From an uncultured Acidobacteriota bacterium (lineage in GTDB: Bacteria > Acidobacteriota > Thermoanaerobaculia > UBA5066): a stretch of 64,000 nucleotides of DNA. Below the pieces are notes generated by a model, which saw nothing but the letters and a program-made list of their open reading frames with translations, ran no database searches and had not been told where the DNA came from. Made by a program: the position numbers and the translations under genes. Positions 40,557 through 49,763 of the stretch are shown here, piece after piece. The DNA lies in assembly GCA_963779415.1 (NCBI GenBank), contig CAVZYA010000002.1:896001-960000 (forward strand), read 5' to 3'. How positions within the stretch are numbered: the first letter of the stretch is position 1; the number at the start of each line of letters is the position of its first letter.

Positions 40557-42158
40557 TCAGAAGCTGACGGAGGCGGCGAAGCGCCCCTCGACGGGCTTGC
40601 CATCCGCGGCCATCGCCGGCTTGTAACGCGCCTTCCGGACGGCGGCGAGGACGACGGCGTCGCACTCGGAGATACCGGACGAGGAGATCACCTTCGCGCT
40701 CGCAAGCGATCCTCCCTCGGCCACGACGAGGGAGAGGCCGACGGTCTTACCCGCGCAGGGGGCCACGAGCAGGCCCGGCAGCGTCAGGACGGGGGGCTCC
40801 TCGAAGTCCGGCGGGTACTTCGCGCGACGCTCCTCGGCGGGAGGCGCTGTCGCGGAGGGGCGCGCCGCGGCGCGCCGGGCCGGTACGGTGGCGAAGAGCG
40901 CCGGCACCGCTCCTCCCGCGACGGTCGACGTGGCCGCGGGGGCGGGCGCCGCCTGCGGTGCTGCCGTCGCCGTCGCCGAAGGGGTCGACGCGGCAGGTGT
41001 CGGGATCCGGAGACGGCTTTCGGGAACCGGAGGGGTCTCGGCGGATGTGGGCGCGACGCGTCCGCTCCTCCGGATGAAGGAGAAGATGACGACGACCGCG
41101 ATGGCGGCGAGGGCGAGGGAGAGAAGCCGCGCCCGTCTCCGGAAGAACGGAGCTTCGAAGGTGCCGGCGGCGCCCGCGGGGACGCTTGCGCTCGCGGAAG
41201 GAGGGATGCCGGCGACGACCGGTGCGGGCGCGGGCGCCGGCGCGGGGGCCGAGACGGGGACGGGTAGAAAGCCGGTCGAAGGCTCACGGCCGGAGACGCC
41301 GTTTTCGGGGTACGCCCGCGCGAGAAAGCCTTCGAGGGCCGCTTTCATCTCGCGGGCGTCGGCATAGCGGGCCGAGCGGTCGCGCGCGAGGACCTTCAGG
41401 ACGATCCGCTCCATCTCCGGGTCGATCCCCGGGACGCGCTTCGAGAGGGGCTCGACCTCCTCGGAGATCCTCCGGAGGGCTGTCGCGACGGGCTCCTCGG
41501 AGTCGAAGGGGACCGAATCGGTGAGCGCTTCGTAGAGGGTGATTCCGAGGGAATAGAGATCGCTCCGGCGGTCGACGGGCTCCCCGCGGAGCTGCTCGGG
41601 AGAGAGATAGCCGGGGGAGCCGAGGACGAAGCCGGTCACCGTCCGCGCGATCCCGCCGCTGACCTTGGCGATTCCGAAATCCGAGAGGATCGGGCGGCCG
41701 CCCGGATCGAGCAGGACGTTCCCCGGCTTGATGTCCCGGTGGACGACGCCGCGCCCGTGGGCGTAGTCGAGCGCGTCGAGGAGCGGCACCGCGAGGCGCG
41801 CGACCTCCTCCTCGTGAAGCCGGCCGTGCCGTTCGAGCTTCAGGGCGAGGGAGGGCCCGTCGACGAAGCTCATCGTGTACCAGAGGAGATCGCCCGCGCT
41901 CCCGAAGTCGTGGACCCGGATGATGGACGGATGCTCGAGGGAGGCGACGATCCGCGCTTCCTGGATGAAGCGCTCCATGAACCCCGCCGTCGCCGCGCGG
42001 GTCTCGTTCAGGACCTTGAGCGCCTCGAACCGCTCGAGGTTGCGGTTTCGGACCTTGTAGACGGACGCGAACCCGCCGACCCCGAGGAGCCCGAGAACCT
42101 CGTAGCGCTCTCCGAGGAGATCCTGGACCTGCCGTCCCCGCGCGTCGATCGGCTGCAC
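40557..42158 (-). CDS. Hanks-type Ser/Thr kinase with TM helix and TonB-C-like periplasmic domain
   Basis: LGVGGFASVY, ALK, HRDIKPGN, DFGIAK, YLSPEQ, DLYSLG; TM; C-terminal CDAVVLAAVRKARYKPAMAADGKPV. Confidence 0.9.
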   Translation of the reverse strand: MQPIDARGRQVQDLLGERYEVLGLLGVGGFASVYKVRNRNLERFEALKVLNETRAATAGFMERFIQEARIVASLEHPSIIRVHDFGSAGDLLWYTMSFVDGPSLALKLERHGRLHEEEVARLAVPLLDALDYAHGRGVVHRDIKPGNVLLDPGGRPILSDFGIAKVSGGIARTVTGFVLGSPGYLSPEQLRGEPVDRRSDLYSLGITLYEALTDSVPFDSEEPVATALRRISEEVEPLSKRVPGIDPEMERIVLKVLARDRSARYADAREMKAALEGFLARAYPENGVSGREPSTGFLPVPVSAPAPAPAPAPVVAGIPPSASASVPAGAAGTFEAPFFRRRARLLSLALAAIAVVVIFSFIRRSGRVAPTSAETPPVPESRLRIPTPAASTPSATATAAPQAAPAPAATSTVAGGAVPALFATVPARRAAARPSATAPPAEERRAKYPPDFEEPPVLTLPGLLVAPCAGKTVGLSLVVAEGGSLASAKVISSSGISECDAVVLAAVRKARYKPAMAADGKPVEGRFAASVSF

Positions 42159-42217
42159 GGGGGCATCCTATCGCCGGCAGGCGGCGGGCCGACCGGACCC
42201 GCCCCGGCGCGTCGCCT

Positions 42218-42490
42218 TCACCGCCGCCGGCGGGCTCGCTCGTAGATCTCGCGGCGGTGGCCGACCATCACGACGAGGACGACGATCTCGCTCTCGCAGA
42301 TCTCGTAGACGATCCGGTAGTCCCCGACGCGAAATGACCACCACGGGGAGAGCTCGCCGTGAAGCGGCTTCCCGGCCCGGGGCTCTTCAGCGAGCCGTTC
42401 GAGCGCTTTTCGGGCCCGCCGGGCGACGCCGGCGGGGAGCTCGATGAGGTCTCGCGCGGCTCCCGGAAGGTAGAGCAACCGGTAGGACAT
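42218..42490 (-). CDS. RelE/ParE family toxin
   Basis: GKPLHGEL..SFRVGDYRIVYEI..VGHRREIY. Confidence 0.92.
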   Translation of the reverse strand: MSYRLLYLPGAARDLIELPAGVARRARKALERLAEEPRAGKPLHGELSPWWSFRVGDYRIVYEICESEIVVLVVMVGHRREIYERARRRR

Positions 42491-42746
42491 CGGGACCCCA
42501 GACCTCCTCGTGGCTCAGGAACCGCCCTGTGGCCCGCTCGCGCCGGGCGCGGGCGATCTTCTTCATCGCGGAAGCATCGGAGAGGATGGAGACAGTCTCG
42601 AGAAGGCTCTCCCACTCCTCGACGGGGACGAGGACGCCGGCCGGAAGCCCGTTCCGGGTGATTCGTACGGTTTCGCCCCGCTCCTCGACTCCCCGAAGGA
42701 GCGTCAGCAGCGTGTTCCTGGCCTGTGAGGCCGTCACCGTGTTCAT
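42387..42746 (-). CDS. Phd/YefM family antitoxin
   Basis: MNTVTASQARNTL..GETVRITRNGLPAGVLVPVEEWESLLETVSIL..SHEEVW; as read, the frame runs about 100 nt into the toxin gene. Confidence 0.85.
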   Translation of the reverse strand: MNTVTASQARNTLLTLLRGVEERGETVRITRNGLPAGVLVPVEEWESLLETVSILSDASAMKKIARARRERATGRFLSHEEVWGPDVLPVALPSGSRARPHRAPRRRRPAGPKSARTAR

Positions 42747-42770
42747 GACGATGGCCATTATAACGGCTAT
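42739..42770 (-). promoter_or_regulatory. TA promoter/operator
   Basis: Minus strand ATAGCCGT-TATA-ATGGCCAT-CGTC-ATGAACAC: TATAAT -10 box embedded in 12-bp-period repeats including the palindrome ATGGCCAT. Confidence 0.55.
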
Positions 42771-42857
42771 GGGCGGCGGCAGAGGGCCCTCGGTGCCGTC
42801 TCCGACTCCTCGGGAAAGACGGCGCCGGTGTGGTCCAGAATCAGACGGGAGGTCTCC

Positions 42858-44201
42858 ATGGACTACCCGATCTGGGACGTGGCGGTCGGCGGCGGCGTGC
42901 TGATCGGAACGATCGCCATCCTCCACGTCGTCGTCTCCCATTTCGCCGTCGGCGGAGGCCTCGTGATGGCCTGGGCGGAGGGTCTTCTCGTCCGAAGCCC
43001 CGACCCGGCGCTCCGGGCGCTGCTGAAGCGCTCGTCGCTGATGCTGATCCTCGTCTCGACCGTCTTCGGCGCGATCAGCGGCGTCGGCATCTGGTTCGTC
43101 ATCGGCCTCGTCCACCCGGCGGCCACGTCCGCCCTCATCCACACGTTCGTCTGGGGATGGGCGATCGAATGGGCCTTCTTCCTTCTCGAGGTGATCACGG
43201 CCCTCGCCTGGTACGCGACGTGGGACCGCGTCCGCCCGCGGACGCACCTTCTGCTCATCGTCCTCTACGCCTTCGCCGCCTACATGTCCCTCGTCATCAT
43301 CCAGGGAATCCTCGGATTCATGCTCACGCCGGGCCGGTGGCTCGAGACCCGCGGCTTCTGGGACGGCTTTTTCAACCCGACATACCTCCCCGGTCTTCTC
43401 TTCCGGACGGGCGTCTGCCTCCTCCTGGCCGGGACCTATCTGACGCTCGCCGCGCTGCGCGAGAAGGATCGCGAGGCGCGCGGCCGCCTCGTCCGGTTCC
43501 TCGCCCGGATCGAGGTCGCCGGGGTCCTTCTCGCGACCGCCGGCCTCTACGCCTGGAAGGGGGCTCTCCCGGAGGACGTGAAGGCGATCTTCCTCGGCGC
43601 GAAGCCTCTGGTGGTCTCGGTGGCGATGGGGTGGCGGCACCTCTTCTTCGCCGTCGCGGCCTCGGCGCTCCTCGCCCTCCTCGCGGCTACCTTCCCGCGC
43701 GCCGTCCGGTGGCCGCAGGCGGTCCTCGCCCTCATCGCGGCGTTCGGCCTCCTCGGCGGATACGAGCGGGTCCGCGAGGGGGCGCGTAAGCCGTTCGTCA
43801 TCCGCAACTACATGTTCGCAAACGGCGTCCTCGTCTCCGAGATCCCGCGGCTCAACAAGGACGGCATCCTCTCGAAGGCGCGGTGGGCCGCCCACGAGGC
43901 CGGGCGGGACCCCGTCTCGCTCGGCCGCGCGGTCTTTCGGGCCGAGTGCGCCTCGTGTCACACGTTGGACGGATACCTCTCGATCCGGCAGAGGACGGCC
44001 GCCGCCGACTCCGATTTCCTGACTCTCTTCCTGACGTCGCTGCGCGACGACGGGGTGAACTGGACGTCCCGGCCCCCCGGAAAGCCGGATTTTCCCTACA
44101 TGCCCCCCTTCGTCGGAACCGACGGTGAGCTCCAGGCGCTCGTCTCGTATCTCGACTCCCTGAAGACGGTGAAGACCGCGGAGGCGACCCGTGCAGAGTG
44201 A
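42858..44201 (+). CDS. Cytochrome bd subunit I (CydA)-like membrane protein with C-terminal c-type heme
   Basis: LHVVVSHFAVGGG, GAISGVGIWF, WAIEWAFFLLE, FMLTPG, REGARKPFVI, CASCH and a distal MPPF. Confidence 0.8.
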   Translation: MDYPIWDVAVGGGVLIGTIAILHVVVSHFAVGGGLVMAWAEGLLVRSPDPALRALLKRSSLMLILVSTVFGAISGVGIWFVIGLVHPAATSALIHTFVWGWAIEWAFFLLEVITALAWYATWDRVRPRTHLLLIVLYAFAAYMSLVIIQGILGFMLTPGRWLETRGFWDGFFNPTYLPGLLFRTGVCLLLAGTYLTLAALREKDREARGRLVRFLARIEVAGVLLATAGLYAWKGALPEDVKAIFLGAKPLVVSVAMGWRHLFFAVAASALLALLAATFPRAVRWPQAVLALIAAFGLLGGYERVREGARKPFVIRNYMFANGVLVSEIPRLNKDGILSKARWAAHEAGRDPVSLGRAVFRAECASCHTLDGYLSIRQRTAAADSDFLTLFLTSLRDDGVNWTSRPPGKPDFPYMPPFVGTDGELQALVSYLDSLKTVKTAEATRAE

Positions 44202-45279
44202 CCTGATCCCGGCTCTCGACCCCTCTCCGGTCCCCGGACCCCCCGCCCTTCTCGTCGTCCTCTGGATCGTGACCTTCTTCCTTCACCTCCTCTTCGTGAA
44301 CGCCGCCCTCGGCGGGGCGATCTTCGCCGCGGTCCTTCCGGCGTCCCTCTGCCCCGCTTCGCGCCGGGCCCTCACGCTCTTCGTCGCCGAGATCAACTCG
44401 TGGGCGGTCTCCCTCGCGATCACCTTCGCGATCGCGCCGCTTCTCTTCGTGCAGACCCTCTACGGCCGATTCTTCTACACGGCCACGGTCCTCATCGCCC
44501 CGGTCTGGCTCGGGCTCCTGGTTCTTCTCATGCTCGCGTACTACCTCAACTGGGCGGCCAAGTTCCGGCTCCGGGCGGGAAAGGACGCGACGCTCTTCCT
44601 CGCCGCGACGGCGCTTCTCTACCTCGTCATCGCGGCGATCCAGACCGGAGTCCACCTGATCTCGGTCCAGCCGTCGCTCTGGAGCGTCTTCCTCGCCCGT
44701 CCGGCGCTCGTCCTCTGGGACCCGACGTTCCTCCCGCGCTTTCTCCACTTCGTCCTCGCCGCGGTGACGATGGCGGCGATCCTCCCGGCGGCCTTCCCGA
44801 AGGCGCTGGGCCAAGCCGCGCCGGAATCGGCTCGCTGCGGGCTCCTCGTCGCCCTCGTCGCCACCGGCGCGCAGTTTCCCGTCGGCCTCTGGCTCCTCGG
44901 GGTCCTCCCCAGGTCCGTAATCATCGGGCTCATGACGGGGGGGATTGCGAAGATGGCGCCCCTCAGCCTCGGGATCCTGCTGGGCCTCGCGCTCCTCGGC
45001 CTCCTCGTCCGGGCGGCCACGGCGCCGGGAAACGTCCGTCTCGCGAGGGTCGTCCTCGGGCACTTCGCGGCGGCGGCGTTCTTCATGGTCGTCACGCGCC
45101 ACCAGGTCCGGGACCTCTACCTCGCCGCAGCGCGGGCGAACGAGCGGCTCGTCGTGGCGCCCCAGTGGGGCGTCCTCGCACTCTTCCTCGTCACCTTCGT
45201 CCTCTGCGCGGGCCTCTCCGTCTGGGCCCTCGTCCGCGCGGCCACGGACCGCCCGGGGCCGGGAGAGACGGCAGCCTAG
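44191..45279 (+). CDS. Membrane partner, divergent CydA-like paralog
   Basis: FLHLLFVNAALGG, IAPLLFVQTLYG, PRFLHFVLAAV; overlaps the previous gene's stop. Confidence 0.65.
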   Translation: MQSDLIPALDPSPVPGPPALLVVLWIVTFFLHLLFVNAALGGAIFAAVLPASLCPASRRALTLFVAEINSWAVSLAITFAIAPLLFVQTLYGRFFYTATVLIAPVWLGLLVLLMLAYYLNWAAKFRLRAGKDATLFLAATALLYLVIAAIQTGVHLISVQPSLWSVFLARPALVLWDPTFLPRFLHFVLAAVTMAAILPAAFPKALGQAAPESARCGLLVALVATGAQFPVGLWLLGVLPRSVIIGLMTGGIAKMAPLSLGILLGLALLGLLVRAATAPGNVRLARVVLGHFAAAAFFMVVTRHQVRDLYLAAARANERLVVAPQWGVLALFLVTFVLCAGLSVWALVRAATDRPGPGETAA

Positions 45280-46160
45280 GCAGGAGCTGTCAGCCCTGCC
45301 AGTCGTTCGACGATGGGCGGAATCAGGGACGTGGCCAGGTGCCGGTGGGAGCCTCCCCCGAGGACGACCTCCAGTTTCCCGCCGCAGACCTCGTCCGCCA
45401 GCCCCGTCATCAGATCGGCGATCTTCCAGTAGCAGGGCCCGGTCAAGCCGATGTCCCCGTAGTCGCCTTGATGCGTGTCGAAGCCGAAGTACCAGAAGAG
45501 AAGGTCGGGCCTGAAATCGCGGACCCGGTGCGCGGCGTGCCGCTCGACCAGATTGACGTAGACGTCGTTTTGGGATCGTCCGTCTCGACTGCCCTCCCAC
45601 GGGCCAGGACAGGCTACGTCCACCTTCGTCCCGTCCGGGGACTCGTAGTCCGTGCCGCAGAAACAGATCTGGAGGACGTCGGGGTCCCCGCGAAGGAGCT
45701 CCCGCGTGCCGTCGCCGTGGTGGGCGTCCGTGTCGACGATTGCGAACCTCCGGAGGCTGCGCCGCTCCCGAAGGTTGACGATGCTGAGAACGACGTCGTT
45801 GAAGCAGCAGAAGCCTCCGAAGTCGTCCCGCCCCGAATGATGCCCGCCGGCGCCGATGAAGACGAAGGCGTTGGAGATTTCCCCGTCGGCGATCTTCTCG
45901 CCGGCGTTCACGACACCCCCCGCGGAGTGCCACGCGGTGGAGCAGAGGGGATCCCTTCCCACGCGCTCCAGAAGGCCGGGCGTATGGACCTTCAGGAGCA
46001 ACTCCTCGGGAACGGGCTCCGGTTCGAACAATACGGCGCGACCGCTCCCGAGAATCCCGTCCAGGGCCTTCGGAAAGTCGGCCAGCCGGGATCCCACGGT
46101 CAGGTAGCTGCGCCGGGAGTAGGACGGGTGATAGAAAACTCCGGTCCTTCCCTTCGCCAT
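45276..46160 (-). CDS. Histone deacetylase-family (AcuC/APAH-like) amidohydrolase
   Basis: GGHH, GFCCFND, DTDAHHGDGT, GFDTHQGD. Confidence 0.88.
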   Translation of the reverse strand: MAKGRTGVFYHPSYSRRSYLTVGSRLADFPKALDGILGSGRAVLFEPEPVPEELLLKVHTPGLLERVGRDPLCSTAWHSAGGVVNAGEKIADGEISNAFVFIGAGGHHSGRDDFGGFCCFNDVVLSIVNLRERRSLRRFAIVDTDAHHGDGTRELLRGDPDVLQICFCGTDYESPDGTKVDVACPGPWEGSRDGRSQNDVYVNLVERHAAHRVRDFRPDLLFWYFGFDTHQGDYGDIGLTGPCYWKIADLMTGLADEVCGGKLEVVLGGGSHRHLATSLIPPIVERLAGLTAPA

Positions 46161-46188
46161 GACGGCACCTGCCCCGTGAGATCGTCGG

Positions 46189-49100
46189 TCAGTCGAACCG
46201 GACGCTGACCAGCTTCGATACGCCAGGCTCTTCCTGGGTGACGCCGTAGAGCGCCTGCGCGGTCTCCATCGTCCTCTTGTTGTGCGTGATCAGGATGAAC
46301 TGCGTCTCCTCGGAAAGCTCCACGAGGAGCGACGTGAAGCGGTCGATGTTTGCTTCGTCGAGCGGGGCGTCGACCTCGTCGAGGATGCAGAATGGGGACG
46401 GCTTGTACTTGAAGATCGAGACGAGGAGGGCGATCGCCGTGAGCGCCTTCTCGCCGCCGGAGAGGAGGCCGATCGTCTGGTTCCGCTTCCCCGGGGGCTG
46501 CGCCATGATCTCCAGCCCCGACTCGAGAGGATCGTCCTCGTCGAGCAGGTGCATCGACGCGGTCCCCCCTCGAAAGAGCCGCTGGAAGACCAGGGCGAAG
46601 TTCGCGTTGATGGCGGTGAAGGCCTCGGCGAACCGGTCGGAGGAGGTGAGGTTGATCGTCCGGATCGTCTCGAGGATCTGCTCGAGCGACTTCTCGAGGT
46701 CGAGCTTCTGCGTCGTCAGCTCCTGCAGGCGCTTCGACTCGATCTCGTACTCCTCGAGCGCCGCGTGGTTGACGGGACCGAGACGCTCGAGGGCGAGCGT
46801 CTTCTCGACGACCTCCTCGGCGAGCGCGGCCTCGTCGGGAGGCGGCTCTTCAGGAGCCGTTTCAACGGGAGGGAGTTCTTCGGGAAGACAGCCGAACTCC
46901 GTCCGGCACGACTCGACGAGGTAGTCACGGTCGGCCTTCCTGCGTTCGAGGGCCAGCTCGGCCTCGAAGCGGGACCGGCGCGCCGCGTCGACGGCTTCCC
47001 GGCCGGCGTGCTCGCGCCCTTCCAGCTCCTCGCGACCGATGCGGCGTTCCTCGAGGACCCGCTCGGCCTCCGCGCGAAGCCCCTCCGCGAGACGGGTGGC
47101 CTCGACGGCGGCTGCTCTCGCGGAGGCGGCCGCCTCACCCGCGGCGGAGGCCGCCCCGGCCCGGCGGCCGTTCTCCTCGAGGCCCTGCGTCAGTTCGGCG
47201 ACGCGACGCGCCGCGTCGCCGGCCCGAGTCGCGGCCGAGGCGGCGGCGTCCACGGCCGCCCGGCGGCGCTCGAGAAGGACGTCGCGCGCCGTTCGCGCGC
47301 CGGCATCCCCCTCGGCGGCCAGAAGGCGCGATGCGCGGAGGGCATCGACGCCTCTCTCCAGCTCCGTGATCGTCCGCTCGAGCGTCTGAAGGTCCGCCGT
47401 CCGCTCCTCCGCGAGGCGCGCCGCCTCGGCCCGCATCCCGCCGGCGGCGGCGAGGTCGGCGAGAAGGGCGGCGTGCTCCTCGGAGAGGACGGAAGCTTCC
47501 TGCGCGGCACGGCGCCTCTCGTCCGTGGCGGCCGCGGCCCGCGCCTCGGCCTCGGAGGAGTCGCGCTCGCGGCCCCGCACATCGCCGAGCGCCCGGTCGG
47601 CGCCGGTCGCGTACTGGCTCGCGGCGGCGGTGGTGGCGTCGATCTCGAGGTCGAAGCTGTCGATGCGGCGGACGAGGTCGGCGCGCTCCTCCCCGAGCGC
47701 CTTCAGGTCGCGCCGGACGATGAAGAGCCCTTCGCCCGGGACCTCGGTCCCGGCCGCCTCGACGACGGAGCCGCGGACGACGACGCCGTCGCGGCTGACG
47801 ATCGTCCGTTCGGGATGGAGAGACGCGAGGGCGAGGGCGTCGTCGTCGCTCTCGACGAAGACCGCATCGGGAAGGGCCGAGGAGAGCGGCTCGTTCCCCG
47901 CGCGCGGCGAGAGGAAGTCCCGCGTCACGCCGAGGACGCGCGGATCGTGAGGCGTCAGCGGGAAGGGCGTGGCGGGAAGAGGGAGGAGGAATCGCGCCGT
48001 GCCGAGCTTCTCGTTCCGGACGGCGGCGACGGCGCGTCCGAGCGCGTCGCGGCTCCCGAGGACGGGCGCCTCGAGGGCGGCGCCGAGGGCGGCGTCGAGA
48101 GCCGCCTCGAATCCGGAGCGCGCCTCGAACCGATCGGCGAGGACGCCGTCCGGAGAGAGGCCGGCGGCCGCGAGGGCGCGCCTTGCGGCCTCGCCTCCCG
48201 CCTCGCGCTCGGCGAGGGTCGTCTCGAGAGCCGCGCTCCGGAGGGCGATCCCGTGCTGGCGGCCGAGGAGCCGCTCCCGCTCCTCCTTCAGCGAGCCGAG
48301 CCGCTCCTCGGCTGCGCGGCGCCCCTCATCGAGAGCGTCCAGCTCGGCCCGGGCCTTCTCGAGCGCGTCGCGCGCGGCGTCGCGCTGGGCCTCGGCCTCG
48401 CGAACGGCCGCCTCGCGCCCTTCGAGGGCCTCTCGTGCGCGCTCGATCCGTTCCTCGAGCTTCGTCCGGGCGAAGGAGAGCCGCTCGGCGAGGAGGACGG
48501 CGTCGCGCTCGCGGTTCGAGGCGTCCGCGGCGCGAGCGCCGGTGGCGAGGAGATCGCGCCGCGCCCCCTCCCGCCTCGAGACGAGGTCGGCTTCCCGCCG
48601 GCTGACGTCCTCGAGAAGGGAAGAGGCGCTTCGGACCCGCTCTTCGGCGGCGACGAGCTCACTCTCCACGGAGAGGCGAACCGTCTCCGCCCGCCCGGAT
48701 TCGTCTACGGCGCGCAGGTGATCTCCCTGCGCCTCCACGCGCTGGGCTTCGAGCAGCTCTCCCCGGGCCGTGGCCTCCTCCGCTTCGCGCGAGGCGGCGG
48801 CGACCGCGGCCTCCGCGGCCAGAAGCGCCTCCCGCGCCCGGGCGAGGGCGTCGCTCCGCTCGCGCCGGAGATCCTCGTCCAGGTCCGAGAGCCGGCGGGC
48901 CTCGGCGAGGGCGGCGTCGAGACGCCCGGCTTCGGCGAGAGCCGCCGCTTCAGCATCGGTGGCGGCGCGGAGGACCCCCTCCGCCTCGGAGAGGCCGGCC
49001 GCGAAGCGGTCCGCCCGAAGACGCGAGAGCCGCTTCTTCAGACCGGCGAGGACCGCGGCCTGCTCCTTCCACCGCGCGGCGCGCGAGGCCTGCCGCTTCA

Positions 49101-49719
49101 GGGAGGCGCAGGTCCGGTCGATCTCGCCGACGACGTCGGAGAGACGCAGGAGGTTCGCGCGCGTCTCCTCCATCTTCAGCTCGGCCTGCCGTTTCCGGAT
49201 CTTGTACTTCGAGACGCCGGCCGCCTCCTCGATCAGGCGCCGTCGGTCCTGGGGCTTCGTCGAGAGGATCAGCTCGATCTTCTGCTGCTCGATGATCGAA
49301 TAGGCACGGACGCCGAGACCCGTCCCGAGAAGGAGGTCCTGGACGTCGCGCAGCCGGCACTTCCTTCCGTTCAGGACGTAGTCGCTCTCGCCGTCGCGGG
49401 TGACGCGGCGGGCGATCGTCACCTCGCCGCCGGTGTCGGCCCAGTGGTCGGTGCCGCGCGACTCCAGGGTCAGCATCACCTCGGCCATTCCGATCGGCTT
49501 TCGCCGGGAGGCGCCGTGGAAGATCACGTCCTCCATCGTCGTCCCGCGGAGGCTCTTGGCCGACTGCTCGCCGAGGACCCACTGGACGGCGTCCGCGATG
49601 TTCGACTTGCCGGAGCCGTTCGGCCCCACGATGGCGGTGATCCGGCCGGGAAGCGTCAGAGCCGTCCGGTCGACGAACGACTTGAAGCCCTGGATCTCGA
49701 GTTTCTTCAGACGGAACAT
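46189..49719 (-). CDS. smc: Chromosome segregation protein SMC
   Basis: GFKSF, GPNGSGKSN, long coiled coils with hinge, LGPVN, LSGGEK, FCILDEVDAPLD, ITH. Confidence 0.96.
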   Translation of the reverse strand: MFRLKKLEIQGFKSFVDRTALTLPGRITAIVGPNGSGKSNIADAVQWVLGEQSAKSLRGTTMEDVIFHGASRRKPIGMAEVMLTLESRGTDHWADTGGEVTIARRVTRDGESDYVLNGRKCRLRDVQDLLLGTGLGVRAYSIIEQQKIELILSTKPQDRRRLIEEAAGVSKYKIRKRQAELKMEETRANLLRLSDVVGEIDRTCASLKRQASRAARWKEQAAVLAGLKKRLSRLRADRFAAGLSEAEGVLRAATDAEAAALAEAGRLDAALAEARRLSDLDEDLRRERSDALARAREALLAAEAAVAAASREAEEATARGELLEAQRVEAQGDHLRAVDESGRAETVRLSVESELVAAEERVRSASSLLEDVSRREADLVSRREGARRDLLATGARAADASNRERDAVLLAERLSFARTKLEERIERAREALEGREAAVREAEAQRDAARDALEKARAELDALDEGRRAAEERLGSLKEERERLLGRQHGIALRSAALETTLAEREAGGEAARRALAAAGLSPDGVLADRFEARSGFEAALDAALGAALEAPVLGSRDALGRAVAAVRNEKLGTARFLLPLPATPFPLTPHDPRVLGVTRDFLSPRAGNEPLSSALPDAVFVESDDDALALASLHPERTIVSRDGVVVRGSVVEAAGTEVPGEGLFIVRRDLKALGEERADLVRRIDSFDLEIDATTAAASQYATGADRALGDVRGRERDSSEAEARAAAATDERRRAAQEASVLSEEHAALLADLAAAGGMRAEAARLAEERTADLQTLERTITELERGVDALRASRLLAAEGDAGARTARDVLLERRRAAVDAAASAATRAGDAARRVAELTQGLEENGRRAGAASAAGEAAASARAAAVEATRLAEGLRAEAERVLEERRIGREELEGREHAGREAVDAARRSRFEAELALERRKADRDYLVESCRTEFGCLPEELPPVETAPEEPPPDEAALAEEVVEKTLALERLGPVNHAALEEYEIESKRLQELTTQKLDLEKSLEQILETIRTINLTSSDRFAEAFTAINANFALVFQRLFRGGTASMHLLDEDDPLESGLEIMAQPPGKRNQTIGLLSGGEKALTAIALLVSIFKYKPSPFCILDEVDAPLDEANIDRFTSLLVELSEETQFILITHNKRTMETAQALYGVTQEEPGVSKLVSVRFD

Positions 49720-49763
49720 TCAGGGATGCCGCCGGGCGGCGCGAGACGCTAGCACGCCTCCCG

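Noticed and set aside
46282-49752. Very long antisense or alternative-frame ORFs (also 33995..37360, 16457..19060, 60105..62525)
   Set aside because: Shadow ORFs expected from high GC3 codon bias opposite real genes; R/G/P-rich with no recognisable motifs.
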